Source of the DNA: Torpedo marmorata
Lineage: Eukaryota
Direction: 5' to 3'
Assembly (NCBI GenBank): GCA_977017645.1
Contig: OZ360219.1
Location: forward strand, 161,944,001-162,008,000
Length of the DNA: 64,000 nt
Below, piece by piece: positions 9,931 to 23,345 of this stretch (the first letter of the stretch is position 1; every line of letters begins with the position of its first letter). Under the pieces are notes generated by a model that was not told the DNA's origin, did no database searches, and saw only the letters and a list, made by a program, of their open reading frames with translations. A program made the position numbers and the translations under genes.

Positions 9931-12420
9931 TTATGTTTCAGTCCTGGAAGGCAGCTTGAATTAAAACATTCTAATAGAAGCGTACTGTATCAATACCCCA
10001 TGAATGAAGAATGTGTGTGAAACACACTTAGTTCATTAAACTTGGAAGGCACAGAGAAACATGATTGCAAAATAGAAGAAAGGTGTGAAGTAAACTTACG
10101 TGTATTCTATGAATGAGACCCAACAGTTTTACAGTGAATAGCTGTAGACTCTGATATAGCATTGCAAAGAATGGGCTATAAAGCTATTATAAAGAGATGG
10201 GTTACTGAACATGCCAGATAGCTATCGACAGTGCTTTTGGAAAACATCAAGCACAGACTTAGACATTTCCAAAAAAACAGACGTATTTATCACTTCACCC
10301 ACAATCATTCTAGTCGTTTAATTATATTTTTAAACAGACAAACAAGGCTTAAGAGTCATAGCACGTAAAATATTACCCCCAGAATGAGCACAATATATTT
10401 TAAAGTATTATTTGTTAGAACTGTGCGTATTCTAGGGAGGACGAAGAGATAATCTGTTTGTTAATAAATTAGTCAAGATGGACATATCCTTGGGATATTT
10501 TATTTTCTGGATACTGAAATGTATTGAATCTTCTAACCTGACAATACAAGCAGATCTCCATCATTGTGCGATCAGGCCCGAGAGTGATCACCAGTCCTGT
10601 TACAATATTATGGCAGTTTATATATTTAAAAAAACAAATTTTCGATGTCACTACTATCATTACGTTGATGCTATAATGATCAGCTTTTCATTCAGTGTCT
10701 GGCCTGCAGTATCAGCAGAGTCAGTTCTCCATCTGCTGTTTTACAGTAAGAAAAAATTCAAACTCCTCAACCTTTGTTGGACTTCAGCTAAAGGTTTTTA
10801 GTTCAAATTTACACCCTGCCACCTTCTGTAAATTACATCGTCTTTTTTCTGCATCTAAGTGCTTTCAATAACACTTGACATTTCACGTTCCTACACGCCG
10901 CGTTCTCTCCCACAGACGCGGTGTACGCCAATCAAATATTGAAACAATTTAATTTCAACTCGACTGAAACCACGTTTGATCGCTATCATGAAGCGTGAAA
11001 TGTATTAGATGACTAAGCCCTTCAGGCTAAAGTGTTAGCCTTGGTGGTTGAGTTTATCAAAGTTATCGCTTGATTGACAGTGTTAGAGAAGTCTATCTCT
11101 TAATTACAGCGCTATCCACTACCGATGAGATCCAAAATTAACAACATCCGAACGGTTTCTGATAAAGCGTGCGTGTGCGTAAAATACTCTAATAGTTCCA
11201 AAATATTAAGCGGTTAAGAGTGAAAGTGCTTTTATTTCACTTCCGACGCGACTGAGCGACAGCAATGCCCTAAATTTTAACCTAAATTATCCACCAGTGC
11301 CTTTCAATTCCCCATCTCCACATTCCCAATCAACCAGCTCCTTTCTGTGTCAATGCTTGGAAATTCCCCAGGTTTATCCCTACATTACATCCCTTAGCGG
11401 TATGTAATTAGAACAATGACCGTCCACAGGGACAACGTTTCCTGGTTACATCAGGCAGTGGTTTGCCCGAGTGTGAAATGATCAGATGCTTAAAGCCCCG
11501 CCTCTCCTTTCGACAGCAACACACTAAGTAACGTGGTTGGCTGGGAACTTTACATTATTGTTTCAACCTTTGGTTAAAGCACCAAATAATGAGGGTTTTT
11601 TTTCCTGGTCTCGTGATATTTTAATGTACAGACAGCAAGGCAGACCAAATGGATTATTAGCCCTGTTGGAGTGTTCCTCTCTCGTTTTGCAGAGATGTCT
11701 GCTGCTTGAAATATACGATAATTGAGTTAGAACCGAATATTTGTCCGAGTCGGGACGTTATTTTGCCCCACAGATCCTGGCGCCTCTATTCCTTGTGTAA
11801 AATGCATGAATGTTTTATTAACCTGCCCTGTTTCTCGATCGGTTGCTAATCAGTAACATTACACTGGCAACGGGAAGTTTCGTCTCGAGTCTCCTGGAGA
11901 CGGTGACTCTCTGCTTTTCCATGAGATCAGCAGCACTTTGGCCACACGGGGAATCTGCACCGATCATACTGTTGAGTTGTTAACCCAGCCACCTCTGGAA
12001 AAGCCTTCCCACGTTTCCAGGTTTTTGACTATGAAATCACTCCAAACTGAAGCTAGCCCAATTATTGCCAGCGTCCGCGATGCACTTTCCACAGTTCTCG
12101 GTTATGTAGTTACTGTGACATAAACTGGCCATGCATTATTCACATAAATAACATTCCACTTCCGACACGTTGCCAATGTTGTTTGGACAAAATATCCATG
12201 GTAATGCACACATGATGAGCATTTAAACTGACAAGTTAATTTTCCTCACAGGATGTATGTGAACTAGGGACGAGGGTGCACTCATCCTTTTTGCAATGTG
12301 GCAATTTCTCATTTTCGGTCCCTGTGAAAAAAAGAATTAACCCAACAGGCAGCAGCGGCACGTTAAGTGGATAAAGCGAGCTCACCGAGCACTCCATTCG
12401 CCCGCTTTATTTTCCCTTAC

Positions 12421-12504
12421 CTGCTGGGTGAACGGGCTCTCCTTGATGTAGCTGAAGAGAAACGAGGAGAAGAGGAGGTCTTCGTTTAGTCCACAGCCCG
12501 CCAT
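12421..12504 (-). CDS. ppargc1b: First coding exon, PGC-1beta (PPARG coactivator 1 beta)-like
   Basis: Strong Kozak AGGATGG at 12504 and 28 codons MAGCGLNEDLLFSSFLFSYIKESPFTQQ, followed by a CAG|GTAAGG phase-0 donor. Resembles the recalled PPARGC1B exon 1 (human [26 protein letters not shown], also phase 0). Exon 2 is not in the window. Confidence 0.72.
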
Positions 12505-12584
12505 CCTCAGTGGTCGATGGGATGGGGAGGAGGGAGATCGGGGATGAGCGCGGGAGCGAGCGCTCAGTCGTTGTCCGAGCCGCA

Positions 12585-13003
12585 GTCACGTGAACGAGCG
12601 CCTGCTCCCGGTCCAGAGTCCAGTCCGCGCGCCTTGATCCACGCAGCTGAACCGCGCCAAGCCGAGCCTCAGGCCACCTGTTGCACGCCCCCAGGGCGAA
12701 TCGTGGCGCGCTGTGCACCGCAGGCACACAGGCTCGGCTGCTGATTGGCTTTGCTGAGCGAAGCCCACCGGGCTCTTGGAACCCGCAGTCACGCACAGGC
12801 AGCAAGCGTGACACAAGTCCCGGGAGCGAGAGACTGCTCCGAGGGAGAGGGTTCAAATGTCGTCAAGTCAGACTCAGAGGTCGGTGATAAGAGGATTCAA
12901 ACCGTGCTCCGAAGCGCTAATGCAGCAAAATGACAATAGTGAGACTTTCTTTTCTCTCTCCCGTAATTTCTCCTCCGGGGAAATAAGGCAAAAGTGTCAC
13001 GTG
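12585..13003 (-). promoter_or_regulatory. Proximal promoter motifs: two GTCACGTG E-boxes and a CCAAT box
   Basis: CACGTG at 12587-12592 and 12998-13003. ATTGG at 12744-12748 (AGCCAATCAG on the minus strand, NF-Y consensus). Confidence 0.6.
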
Positions 13004-14339
13004 CGTGCGCGGTCCCGGCTTCCTGACAAGTCCAGCAGAGGGGGCTGGGAATTACAGGTAGACCTTGTTTCAATTGGGCACCTATTCCTGTCACAGACAC
13101 TGGAGATTCCTGGGTGGGAAAGCGTGAGGAGTGTAACCGTACGGATTTATTTCCTTGATGTATTTCCCTTGCCAGGTTTACGAGTGTGTCGTCTTCGCAC
13201 TGGTCACGAATCCAGCCGGTGCAATGATCATAGGTGGGATTAAATCCCCGGTTAAGTGCGGTCAGCTCCTGAGATCTCAGTTGTCCTTTTAACTTTCACT
13301 TTTAGTCCCGGGAGAATGTGTCCACACTTCCAACGATTCAGATCTACAGGACCGATGGTAATATGATTAAATGAATCAATTCCCGCCAGGGGCCATGTTT
13401 ATACAGTGTATCAAAGATGATCACTTAATTCTCTGCGGAACTGCTTTCACAGTCTTTGCACGAGTCCAAACGGAGAGAGCCCGTGATGGAGACGAAGCCG
13501 GTTATTTAAAACGTGCCGAGCTCGCACTAAAATCGACACTTTGACCCCAGCCGGTTGCAGGAAGTTTTCCAGATGAAGAACATCAGTGCCTTTAGCCTGA
13601 AACCAATCTCTGCCGACGGTATTTGATATCCCGAATGTACATTAAACTTGCGATGGGCTGGCTGTACACTTTTAACCTCGGTCTTTTCCTTTATGCCAAA
13701 TAACGTCCCTTCCTCTGATTCGCCACTTTAACCCGAGATGGGGCTCCAGGTCATTGCCCAGTTACCCGGACGAGTTAGGGATCTGCCATACGGTTTTAGT
13801 CCAAGGAATATCACAATCCCGATTCTCTCATCGAGCTCCCGAGAAAGAGAGTTCTTCCGACCAACACTTTCGCTCAGACCAGAGCTGGAGATTGTTTATA
13901 AAACGCTGAAAGTCCACTCCCCTTTCTCTTTATCGACAACCTTGTTTCCGAGATCGGAGATCAAGCCGGCAGACAGCTGAAAATGTTCTGTCTGCAAGAT
14001 TATTTTTTAACGTCTAGCTCTCATCTAACATCTTCCAAAAGATTTCCTCCTGGCTGCACAGGTTGATATAAAAAGCGTGTTTCCAGGTCATGTGAGGATG
14101 ATGAGCTGAGTGTCAATGCAGGTGCTGAATACGTAATGGAAACGTCTGAAACCTTGGAGAGTTCCGTTGCTATCGACCTATACTACAACACCATAGTGCA
14201 GCCTACTAATGCGCGCACATATTCAGCAGCGGTCTCACTCAAAAGGTTCGAACAGCAGGAAAGCCATCTGAGGATCCGGTGAAACCAAGACGATTTCTTT
14301 ATAATTCCGAGTAATCCCACTTCGCAGAGTTCATCTTTT

Positions 14340-14365
14340 GAGAGAGAGAGAGAGAGAGAGAGAGA
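14340..14365. repeat. (GA)13 microsatellite
   Basis: Read directly from the sequence. Confidence 0.95.
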
Positions 14366-15814
14366 ATCAGATGCGTAAACTAGATGAATTCGCTTGCTTA
14401 GCAGGAAGCAAAAGTTTAGGTTCGCAATCACTACCCGGGCAATGCAAACGCACAGTATTCTGTGGGATGGCCTCCACTTAACACAACCCAGCGAGCCTAT
14501 CGTGGGAAAAGGCAGCGCTGCCTTGACTGCTTTCTGGAGTTAACCGCAGACGGCACTGCGTCCCTGCAAAGTCTGCTGGCAGCGGTTTAAACTCGCGCAC
14601 GAAATAAGCAACACTTGCAGAAGTATTCTGATACATGCAGGGTCGGCGACAAAAACGTGATATTGACAAAATACATATCTACAGTAAGTCGTACTTGAAG
14701 TTTGCTCCATGTTTGCGGTGCTTAGATTTTGCAGCGGCGACATTTGTACCTTGTGTATTTTGGCTTCAGTTCAATATAGAGGCTTCGAAAAGTTTTTGGA
14801 AGCCAGATATGTGAGTGGAAAATCACTTCCATTACAAACGTATTACCGCATAATGGAATATTCAAACACTTTGATAACATGGAACCATGTGAGAATTCGG
14901 TTGTGTTTAAAAGTGCTTGTGCGCATGTGGGTGTCAGGTTGCGTCCCGAACTGCACTGCTTGTCTACTTGACATTTGCTTTTGGTAATAATTAGATACGC
15001 TGTGGGAACTCGTTGTCATGTGATTGATGCCGTTCTCTCCGCACCGTGCTGCATCGACGATAACACTGCAAATTGGAACTATTGAAAGCGACAGTGTGCT
15101 GGATTTGAATGTGAAATTCACTCGGATTCATTGATGCGTTTGCACGGGCATTACCCGAGTCAAGCGAGACGCAGACGTGTTCCTTTCTAAATTGCTTGTG
15201 ATCCTGCAAATTGTGGGATTAACTCATGAATGATGTTCTTGAAAGTCAGACAAGAAGCGGTTAGATTTGAGAGATTTCGTCTGTGATTACAGTCGTACTT
15301 TCTAATTTGCTAGACTAGCAAGCACTGAAACGGATGGTGTAGCTATTATGTAATTTTCAAATAAAAGCTAAGTACAACAGATGCAGTCGCGTAACACATT
15401 ATTCAATCACTCTCATTTCTAAAATGTTTTTTAAGAGATTGATTAATCTTGTTTAGTGTTAGACTCTACGACGCTCTTATGTCATCATGGTTTGGGCATC
15501 TAAAATATTGCGTCCCAGCAAGACTAATTTAGCAACGGAAAATGCATTGGAGAATATCTGAGTTAATCTAACTAATCCTCGATAGCATGTACTTCAGGGT
15601 GTCCTGGGTGTCTGGAGAACCACACCTCAGCGAAGACAGACATCAATGATGAAATACACCTCCAGTGGGCCTGCACAGTCTGACTGAGAAAAAGAATGTT
15701 TGAAGATTAAAATCTTCAAATTGAGAGTACACAGACAGACTCGGGAAATTTTTAAAAAACTCCAGTTGCTGGAAGGCTGATGAAGGGTTTATTGAAAGAT
15801 ATATGGATTTGGAC

Positions 15815-16385
15815 ACACTGTTAAGAATCCTGCAATTAACCATATACTCCACCTTCAAATTCGACCTTCCAAAATGCATCACTTCACTTCTCTGACCAAC
15901 GCTGCATCCTGTCTCTATCCTTTGTAACCTAAGACAACCTTCTACACTATCCACAATACCTCCAACCTCCCTATCATCTGCAAACTTACTGACCCGTCTT
16001 TATAATTCTTCATCCAGGTCACTTACAAAAATCACAGAGAGCAGGGGTCCCAGAACAGATCCCTGCAAAACTCCACTTATCAATATCCTCCAGGCAGAAA
16101 ATGTTCCATCTACTTGGAATACCCTCTGCTTTCTACAGTCAAGCCAATTCTGAATCCACAAAGTCAAGGTTCCATGGATCCCATGCCTCATGACTTCCTG
16201 AATGAGTCTACCATGGGGGACCTTGTCAAATACCTTATTAAAATCCATATACACCACATCTACCACTCTACCTTCATCAATTTCTTTTGTTACTTCCTCA
16301 AAAAACTCAATTAGGCTCGTGAGGCACAACCTGCCCTTCACAAAGCCATGTTGACTATTCCTGAACAGACTATGCTTCTCTTGAA
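15815..16385 (-). mobile_element. CR1 LINE RT fragment
   Basis: SQHGFVKGRLCLTSLIEFFEEVT...DVVYMDFNKVFDKVPH...[13 protein letters not shown]. Confidence 0.9.
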
Positions 16386-16519
16386 ATTCTACAGAATTTT
16401 GGTGAAGGAACTCCCACAATTTTAAATTAACTTTAGACATACAGCACGGTAACAGGCCCTTTCGGCCCACGAGCCAGTGCTGCCCAATTACACCCAATCG
16501 ACCTTCAAACCACAGTAAG

Positions 16520-17310
16520 TTATGAAATTTAAGGCAGACAAGTGTGAGGTGCTGCATTTTGGAAGGACAAACAAGAAAGGACACAGTAAATGGTAGGGCA
16601 CTGAGGAGTGCGATAGAACAGAGGGATCTGGGAATACAGGTACATAATTCCTTGAAAGTGGTGTCACAGGTGGATAGGGTTGTAAAGAGAGCTTTTGGCA
16701 TATTGGCCTTCATAAATCAAAGTATAGGAGTTGGGATGTTATGGTAAAGTTGTATAAGACATTGGTGAGGCCAAATTTGGAGTATTGTGTGTAGTTTAGG
16801 TCACCTAACTACAGGAAAGATGTCAATAAGGTAGAAAGAGTGCAGACAAGATTTACTAGGATGTTGCCCAGACTTCAGGAACTGAGTTACAAGGAAAGGT
16901 TAAACAGATTAGGACTTTATTCCCTGGAATGTAGAAGAATGAAGGGAGATTTGATAGATGTATTTAAAATTATGAGGGGTATAGACAGAGTAAATGTAGA
17001 TAGGCTTTTTCCACTGAAGGTAGATGAGATACAAACCAGAGGACATGGGTTAAGAGTGAAAGGGGAAAGAGTTTAGGGGGAACATTTTCACACAGAGAAT
17101 GGTGGGAGTGTGGAACGAGCTGCCAGCTGAAGTGGTGAATGCAGGCTAAATTTTAACATTTAAGAAGAATTTGAACACGTACATGATGGAAGAGGTATGG
17201 AGGGCTATGGACTGGGTGCAGGTTAGTGGGACTAGGCAGAAAAAAAAGGTTTGGCACAGACTAGAAGGGCCAAAGGGGCCTGTTTCTGCGCTGTAATGTT
17301 ATATGGTTCT
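16520..17310 (+). mobile_element. CR1 LINE 3' fragment
   Basis: KCEVLHFG...RDLGIQVH...RFTRMLP...RGDLI..FKIM-like motifs, then a CR1 3' UTR with a short TATGGTTCTA tail. A short SINE tail on the minus strand precedes it at ~16430-16515. Confidence 0.88.
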
Positions 17311-18039
17311 AATTTTGATGGGTAAAAGGTTCTAAGATAAGATCCAGTGATAACAACAGAATTGTTATGAAGTTCCATATTCAGATGATGATATATGAGT
17401 TGGAGAGGAACTCACGGGTTGTGGTATCCCATGGTCCTACTCCCCTTGTCCTTCATGTGAGGTCAGGAGTTTGAGAAGTGCTGTTATAGTAACCTTGGTG
17501 GGTAATTGCAGTATATTTTGTCATTTGTACACATGACAGGTATCAGTGCCAGTCAAAGGACTTACTTTCTACTAGATTATATCAACCTTCCAGGGTGATG
17601 TTGAAACTGCACTCACCCGAATTAGCAAAAAGCATTCTGTCACAATCTTACCTTGTGCATTTCAGATGGCAAGGTTTTTGGGTATTAGAGGTTCTCTTTC
17701 TGCAATATACCTTCGAACCTGTTCTTACAATATTTACATTCCATTTGAGTTTCTGGTCAATATACACTGCTCTCACCCCCACACCTGTACCATATCCCAC
17801 CAGCCTCCATCCCTGATGTAGGAAATGTAACCATTTGTGCACAGCGATATCCCATCAACAACATTAAGGTAATTATTTTGGTTGAAGAATAAACATTGGC
17901 CAGACTGAAAAAAAATGGTGGTGCATGAGGTTGCAGCAGCCACTTCGGTTCCATACAACTTTGAAATCCCCAACCCATTACGTGTTGTGTATGATCATAT
18001 AACCCTAGAGAATCTAAGAAATACAAACTGGACTTACGA

Positions 18040-18350
18040 ACTAGAGGCCGCTACTCCCGTCGGGAAAGAGATACAGGAGTATCAGAGCCAGAACCACCAG
18101 GCTGAGAAACAGCTTCTTCCCACAGGCAGTGAAACTGCTGAATGATTGATGAACTGTTCATACCAACCCTCCATGACTCAACTATTTATTTATTTTAATA
18201 TTTGTATACAAATACTGTGTGTATGTATCGTTTATCTAGACTTGTGCTATGTCTGTACGTGTGTTTGCAGTGTGTTGCACCAAGGACCGGAGAACACTGT
18301 TTTGTCGGGTTGTGCTTGTACAATTGGATGATAAATAAACTTGAACTTGT
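18040..18350 (+). mobile_element. Rex1/Babar-like LINE 3' end
   Basis: LLPSGKRYRSIRARTTRLRNSFFPQAV-like coding end, then the 3' UTR and a (CTTGAA)n tail. Confidence 0.7.
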
Positions 18351-18849
18351 TTTGAAAGAACTCCCAAAAGGCAAGAATTGCTTGATTTGAGAGCTCGGGT
18401 AATAAGCGAAACCAATGCTTCAGTAGATCAGTGAGGAAATACTGAATTACCTACTTTAAAAAAATCATGATATTAAATGAAAGGACAAGGAGACAATATC
18501 CATTTTAATAATCTTAGCAACCATAAAAAAAATATGACTTTTTTTTCTGATTGCTGTTTTGGTGGCCTTTGTGTTTTGTAAATTGTTTTGTAAATTCCTA
18601 TTTGCCTACAAGTAGTGGTGCATTGAAAGACACCAAAAATCATTGACATCCTGGCACAAGAGAGGTGCAAATAATTTATTTTTACTCTCAGAGTGAGGCA
18701 GGTAGGTTTCATATTTGTTGGTGTGTGGGCTTTTTAAAATTAAGTATTTAGCTAATTTTTGATATTGACATGTAAAATTTAACACTCTTCAGCGTTATGT
18801 GTTTAATTTCTTGCAAATACATTATTTTGCTTCAAGTAATTGTCATAGT

Positions 18850-19145
18850 CAAACAACCCCTTCGGCCCACTGAGTCCACACCAGCCATCAAGCACCCATC
18901 TACATTAATCCTCCATCAATCACAATTTGTACTCTCCCCCCACCATTACCATCCTTCCCTCTCCACTCATATTCTATCACATACTTATACACTAGGAACA
19001 ATTTGAATGGCCAATCGCCCTACTAACTTGCACATCTTTGGGATGTGGGAGGAAACTCATCCAGTCAGAGCGAAACTACATTGCAGCAGGTTTCTGATTC
19101 AAACATGGGTCCCTGAAGCTGTGAGGCAATAGGTCCAGGAGCTGT
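18850..19145 (-). mobile_element. tRNA-SINE remnant
   Basis: Reverse complement of the CCCACATCCCAAAGA core and CR1-like tail (CCCTTCGGCCCACTGAGTCC). Confidence 0.55.
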
Positions 19146-19309
19146 GATAGAAACCTAACTGTAAAGCAGCACACTCTTTCATCATTTTAAAAAAAATTAA
19201 GTTTAAACAACAGTCTGAAACAGGAAGTACAGTATTTTAAACTCAGTATTAACCTAGGCACAGAATAAAAAAGAAAAACTCAGAGTAAAAAAGAGAAAGG
19301 AGACAGAGT

Positions 19310-19805
19310 TAAACAGTAAAGTTTGCAGATGCTGTGATTGTAGTGCAAAATACGAAAGTGCTGGACAAACTCAGCAGGACATGCAGCATCTATAGGAACC
19401 AACGTTTCGGGCTGAGCCCTTTGTCAAGGTATGAGCAAAAAAGCAGGCAAGCACCTGAAAATAAGGTGGGGGAAGGAGAGGAGGGAATAATGGGCAGGGG
19501 GAGGTGCACAGGCAAGAGGAGAATATGGGTGGGGGTTTGAAGAGAAAAAAGCTGAGGTGATAGGAGGAGGGGGTAGCTCTATGAATTGGAGAGAGAAGTG
19601 GGGAGCTGAAAGAAAGGAGAGAGAGAGAGAGAGAGGAGCCCAACAGAAACTGGAGAAGTCGATGTTAATGCAATCTGTTTGGAGAGTGCCCAGACGGAAT
19701 ATTAGGTGTTGTTCCTCCAATTTGCAGATAGCCTCGGTTTGGCAGTGCATGAGGTCATGAACAGACATGTCGGTGTGGGAATGGAGTGTGGAATTAAAAT
19801 GGTTG
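19310..19805 (-). mobile_element. Penelope 3' fragment with pseudo-LTR
   Basis: KLEEQHLIFRLGTLQTDCINIDFS. Hammerhead-like TTGACAAAGGGCTCAGCCCGAAACGTTGG on the minus strand at ~19398-19430. Confidence 0.85.
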
Positions 19806-21739
19806 TAATTTGTAAGCTTTTTAAATAATAGCAACTGATAAATGAAAATTGAAGGAGTGAACCTCATAATTACAATAATTACGATTGTTCACACAGTTTA
19901 AAAATATTTACAAGTGAAATACAGAAGCTCTGACTTTCCATGGGCACTTCAGTTCATATCTACTCTTCAACTATAGAATCATAAACACCATTCAGTGCAT
20001 TTGACTGGCAAATCAGAGAGCAACTGGGAAGTTTTATACAGCATCCAGGTGTCATCTTGGACATTTGTATCTGTTATGGAATATAACTAGACATTTTACA
20101 CAAACATTGGTGACTGTTAATAGCCTCACCACTAGTTTCATAGTAAATTCCCATTACTTCTGCATCATACCTTCATCATAAAAAAGCATATCCTCAATCA
20201 ATCATTTCAAGTGAATGTCTGAGTTGATGAGTATAGAAGAAAAGTAATATGAAAACTTGATTAGCAATGAATATAATTAGAGGGATCATTTTCCTTATTA
20301 TCAGCCTTTCCATCAAAATCCTCCTTCTTCCTTTAGCCTTAAATGATCTGCAGGAGAAATTATTTGATAATTGAACACCCTGAGATTGGCATGTTAAAAA
20401 TGTCTGCGGATGCAACTGGTGGCTGTTTTTTTTCTACTGTTCTGCTTCAGATGGAAGCATTACTTTTGTATTTATTCACTAGTACCAGTCCCACATCACT
20501 CATACTCAAAGTGCCTCCCCACAAGCCCTATGCCTCAGTCTTGCATGGGTTTAGGGTTGAACTTATCCAGATTACCATGCTCAATCACCTGTCTCCTCCA
20601 AAATTATGAGCCGATGTTTCCTCGACCAATACAGGTCTTTTAACTGAAAAGAAAACAGAATTAAGAAAGATATTTTACAATAAAATGTTGGCATTGCAAG
20701 AAACTAATGCAATTATGATTTGAAAGGAGTTCTAAATTTGTGTTGCTGGCAAAATGATAGAGAACCATTGAATGGAAATGTACGAGTATTTTGAATTTAA
20801 TTTATGGATATTCTTTGAAGGAGTTCCCAGATGCCCAAGTGAAATGAAGTAATGATAGTTTTCTAATCTTGCCTGCCCTCATCAGGTCACTTAACAAGTT
20901 TTCCAGCAGAGCTCATTCATCTTGCATTTATGAGAGGTGGTTGCGTAATGCAAAATCCTCAGGTCTTTAGCCATTAAGTTGTTCATCTCTGTGGAAACAC
21001 AGCATTTTTTAAATTTGCCCTGTATGGTTCACTTATTCTGACCTGAAATACTGCACCCTTTACTTAAGATTTCTTAATGACATCAGTATTCAGTCCAGTG
21101 TTTCATCTCATGAAAAATCTTCTGCATGATATGAAAGTAGCCTTCAATAAGCTTGGAAATATAAATAATATTTTGTGTAATAAACATAAAACTTGGAGGA
21201 AAAAATACTTGTTGCTAAGCAAAAAATATTCCATCACCTTCTTGATATGTCATGTTGATGGTTACAAAATTATTGCAAGGTGAGTAACTTCCCACAAAGC
21301 CTAATCTGATCTTTTAGCACATTTGATTGCAAACAACTCAATGTTGTTAGAGGATTCAATAATTAGAATGCCAAAGGGCAGGATAAGCCTTTGGACTGCT
21401 TGATGTTGTAAATGGGACATGGAAACAATGAAATATTTTATGCTACATGTGAACAGGGCAAATATCTATGTTTTTACCAAGCTAATAGGTTGAAGGATTT
21501 AGATTCATTATCTCAGGAAATATGAATGACTGAATATGTGTAATCATTGGTAATATCCCCACCTTTGATCTTACAATCCAGGAGTTTGATCAGTGGTTGG
21601 CACAGTGAAGGTCACTGATAAAGCAGCTGAACTGTTTAGGCCCAGGAGACAGACCCAAGTTTGGACTGAGTTGAATAATCATTCCATGGCATACATTTTT
21701 GCATTTGCAGGAATCCAAAGCATTGATCCTAATTATCCC

Positions 21740-22010
21740 AATGCATTTAAGATGAGGAATAGGAAGTTTAAGGGAGATGTACAGGGCCATTTTTTTATAC
21801 GCAGATTGGTGGGTGCCTGAAATGGGCTGCCAGAGGTACTGGTGGAAGAAGTTACTATGGTAGTGCTGAAGAGAGTTCTACACAGACACATGAACATGAA
21901 GGGGATGAAGGGATAGTTATCGTGCAAACAGCTGAGTTTGTTTGATTTGGACATTATCTCTGCACAGACATGGGCTGAAGTGTCTGTTCCAGTGCTGTAC
22001 TGTTCTATAA
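21740..22010 (+). mobile_element. CR1 3' end remnant
   Basis: TTTAAGGGAGATGT..AGGG...GGTGCCTG.AATGGGCTGCCAGAGG...GCTGTACTGTTCTAT tail. Confidence 0.6.
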
Positions 22011-22621
22011 CACTGGACAACAATTTTTTTCAAAAGGTTTTCTTCCTGAAAAAAATGGAGATAATGATAGACAACTTCAAGCTGAACACAAAGATCATTT
22101 CAAATTTGCTGTATCACGTAGGAAGTTGGAGAAAGATTAGATTAACTTCTATTGAATTTGGCATGTTTAATCACATAATAATGCTGACACATTGTGTTAG
22201 TTCAACTGACCTAAAAATGTTTTGCCGCTGATTTTCGTTTGTACTCAGCATCTGATGCCTCTCATGTCAGTGTCCAACAATAGTCAGCCAGCATTGATGG
22301 ATTCCAGTTGCCCGGATACCGCTTTTCCATAGTTGCAATGTCCTGGTGAAACCTTTCACCAGGTTCGTCACTGACTCCACCAAAATCAGCAGGGAAGAAG
22401 TCCAAGTGTGAATGCAGAAAATGAATTTTCAATGACATGTTGCACTTCATGGTTGTATGCTTGAAGTAGACTTAAAATATGACAGGAAATCAGAAAAATA
22501 AGTTATGTCTAAAAAACAGTACATGATAGGAAAATTTTAAGGCGATTTTCGTGATCAGCAGTCCAAAATCCATAAAATTCACCCAAAAGTGTTCAGGAAG
22601 CCAAATTTTCATTGTCCAGTG
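22011..22621 (-). mobile_element. Chapaev3-like (CMC) DNA transposon deletion derivative
   Basis: TIRs CACTGGACAA / TTGTCCAGTG with TAA on both sides (3-bp TWA TSD). Internal transposase C-terminus CNMSLKIHFLHSHLDFFP...SDE.GERFHQDI..MEKRY at 22450-22262. Confidence 0.75.
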
Positions 22622-23136
22622 TAATTAATTTTATTCAGCTGTGCAATTGCTTAAGAACATTAGGAGCAAGAGTAAGGCATCTAGCCTATCAAGCCTGCTC
22701 TGCCATTCAGTAAGATCATGGCTGACCTGACCATGGAAGCATCTCCACTTACCCACCCATTCCCCACAACCTTTAATTCCCCTATTATTCAAAAATCTAT
22801 CTTTGCCTTAAGTTCATTTAATGTGGTAGCCTCTACTGCTTCATTGGGCAGAGAATTCCATAGATTCCCACTCTCTGGGAGAAGCAGCTCCTCCTCATCT
22901 CTATCTTAAATCCACTCCCCTAAATCTTGAGGCTATATCCCCTCATTCTGGTATGTAGTGGAAACAACCTCTTTGCTAACTTCTTAATTTTATGTGTCTC
23001 TATTAGATCCCCCTCATCCTTTTAAACTCCAGTGAGTATAGTTCCAGGCTCTGAAATCTCTCCTCAACTTAATCTAACCACCTCATTTCCAAAATCAAAC
23101 TGCTGAACCTCCTCTACACTGCTTCTAAAGCCAGTT

Positions 23137-23344
23137 TGTAGCGGCGCGCACTCGCGGGTCTCGAACCACCATCGGACACAACGGGGCGTCCGCAACTACG
23201 CGCTCGGGGCGGGACTTCCGGAAAGGGCGCTGACGTCACTTCCGCCCCGGGAATAGTTCAGTGTTTGGAATCCAGTAAAGACTCCATGATTGAACTCCAC
23301 AGTCTCTGCGTCTTTAATCGATAGCGCACCGTAGCGCGACTACA
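23137..23344 (+). repeat. 5' LTR of Gypsy B
   Basis: TGTAGC...GACTACA. By eye it differs from 27131-27335 by ~16 substitutions and a 3-bp indel, many of them CpG transitions. Confidence 0.95.
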
Positions 23345-23345
23345 T

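Larger units (their letters stand above)
10850..15350. promoter_or_regulatory. CpG island spanning the host gene first exon and promoter
   Basis: Unique, non-repeat sequence with abundant CpG against a CpG-depleted AT-rich background. Most GC-rich core is ~12350-13050. Confidence 0.8.

Noticed and set aside
1-12420. miR-378 hairpin, known from mammalian PPARGC1B intron 1
   Set aside because: I did not see the mature sequence ACTGGACTTGGAGTCAG on either strand, and the miRNA is not expected outside mammals.
12407-12856. 149-aa minus-strand ORF and other ORFs over the CpG island
   Set aside because: GC-rich stop-poor artefacts. The credible exon is in a different frame (ATG 12504) and ends at a splice donor.
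15815-17310. Divergent CR1 pieces as one 5'-inverted CR1
   Set aside because: The pieces overlap in the CEVxHFG region with different sequence, a SINE tail lies between them, and no TSD is seen. They are separate insertions. The 237-aa ORF at 16000-16713 is a chance read-through.
21270-21290. Perfect donor AAG|GTGAGT (also CAAG|GTAAGA on the minus strand at 17652)
   Set aside because: No convincing acceptor or recognisable coding sequence upstream. Such matches are expected by chance in 64 kb.
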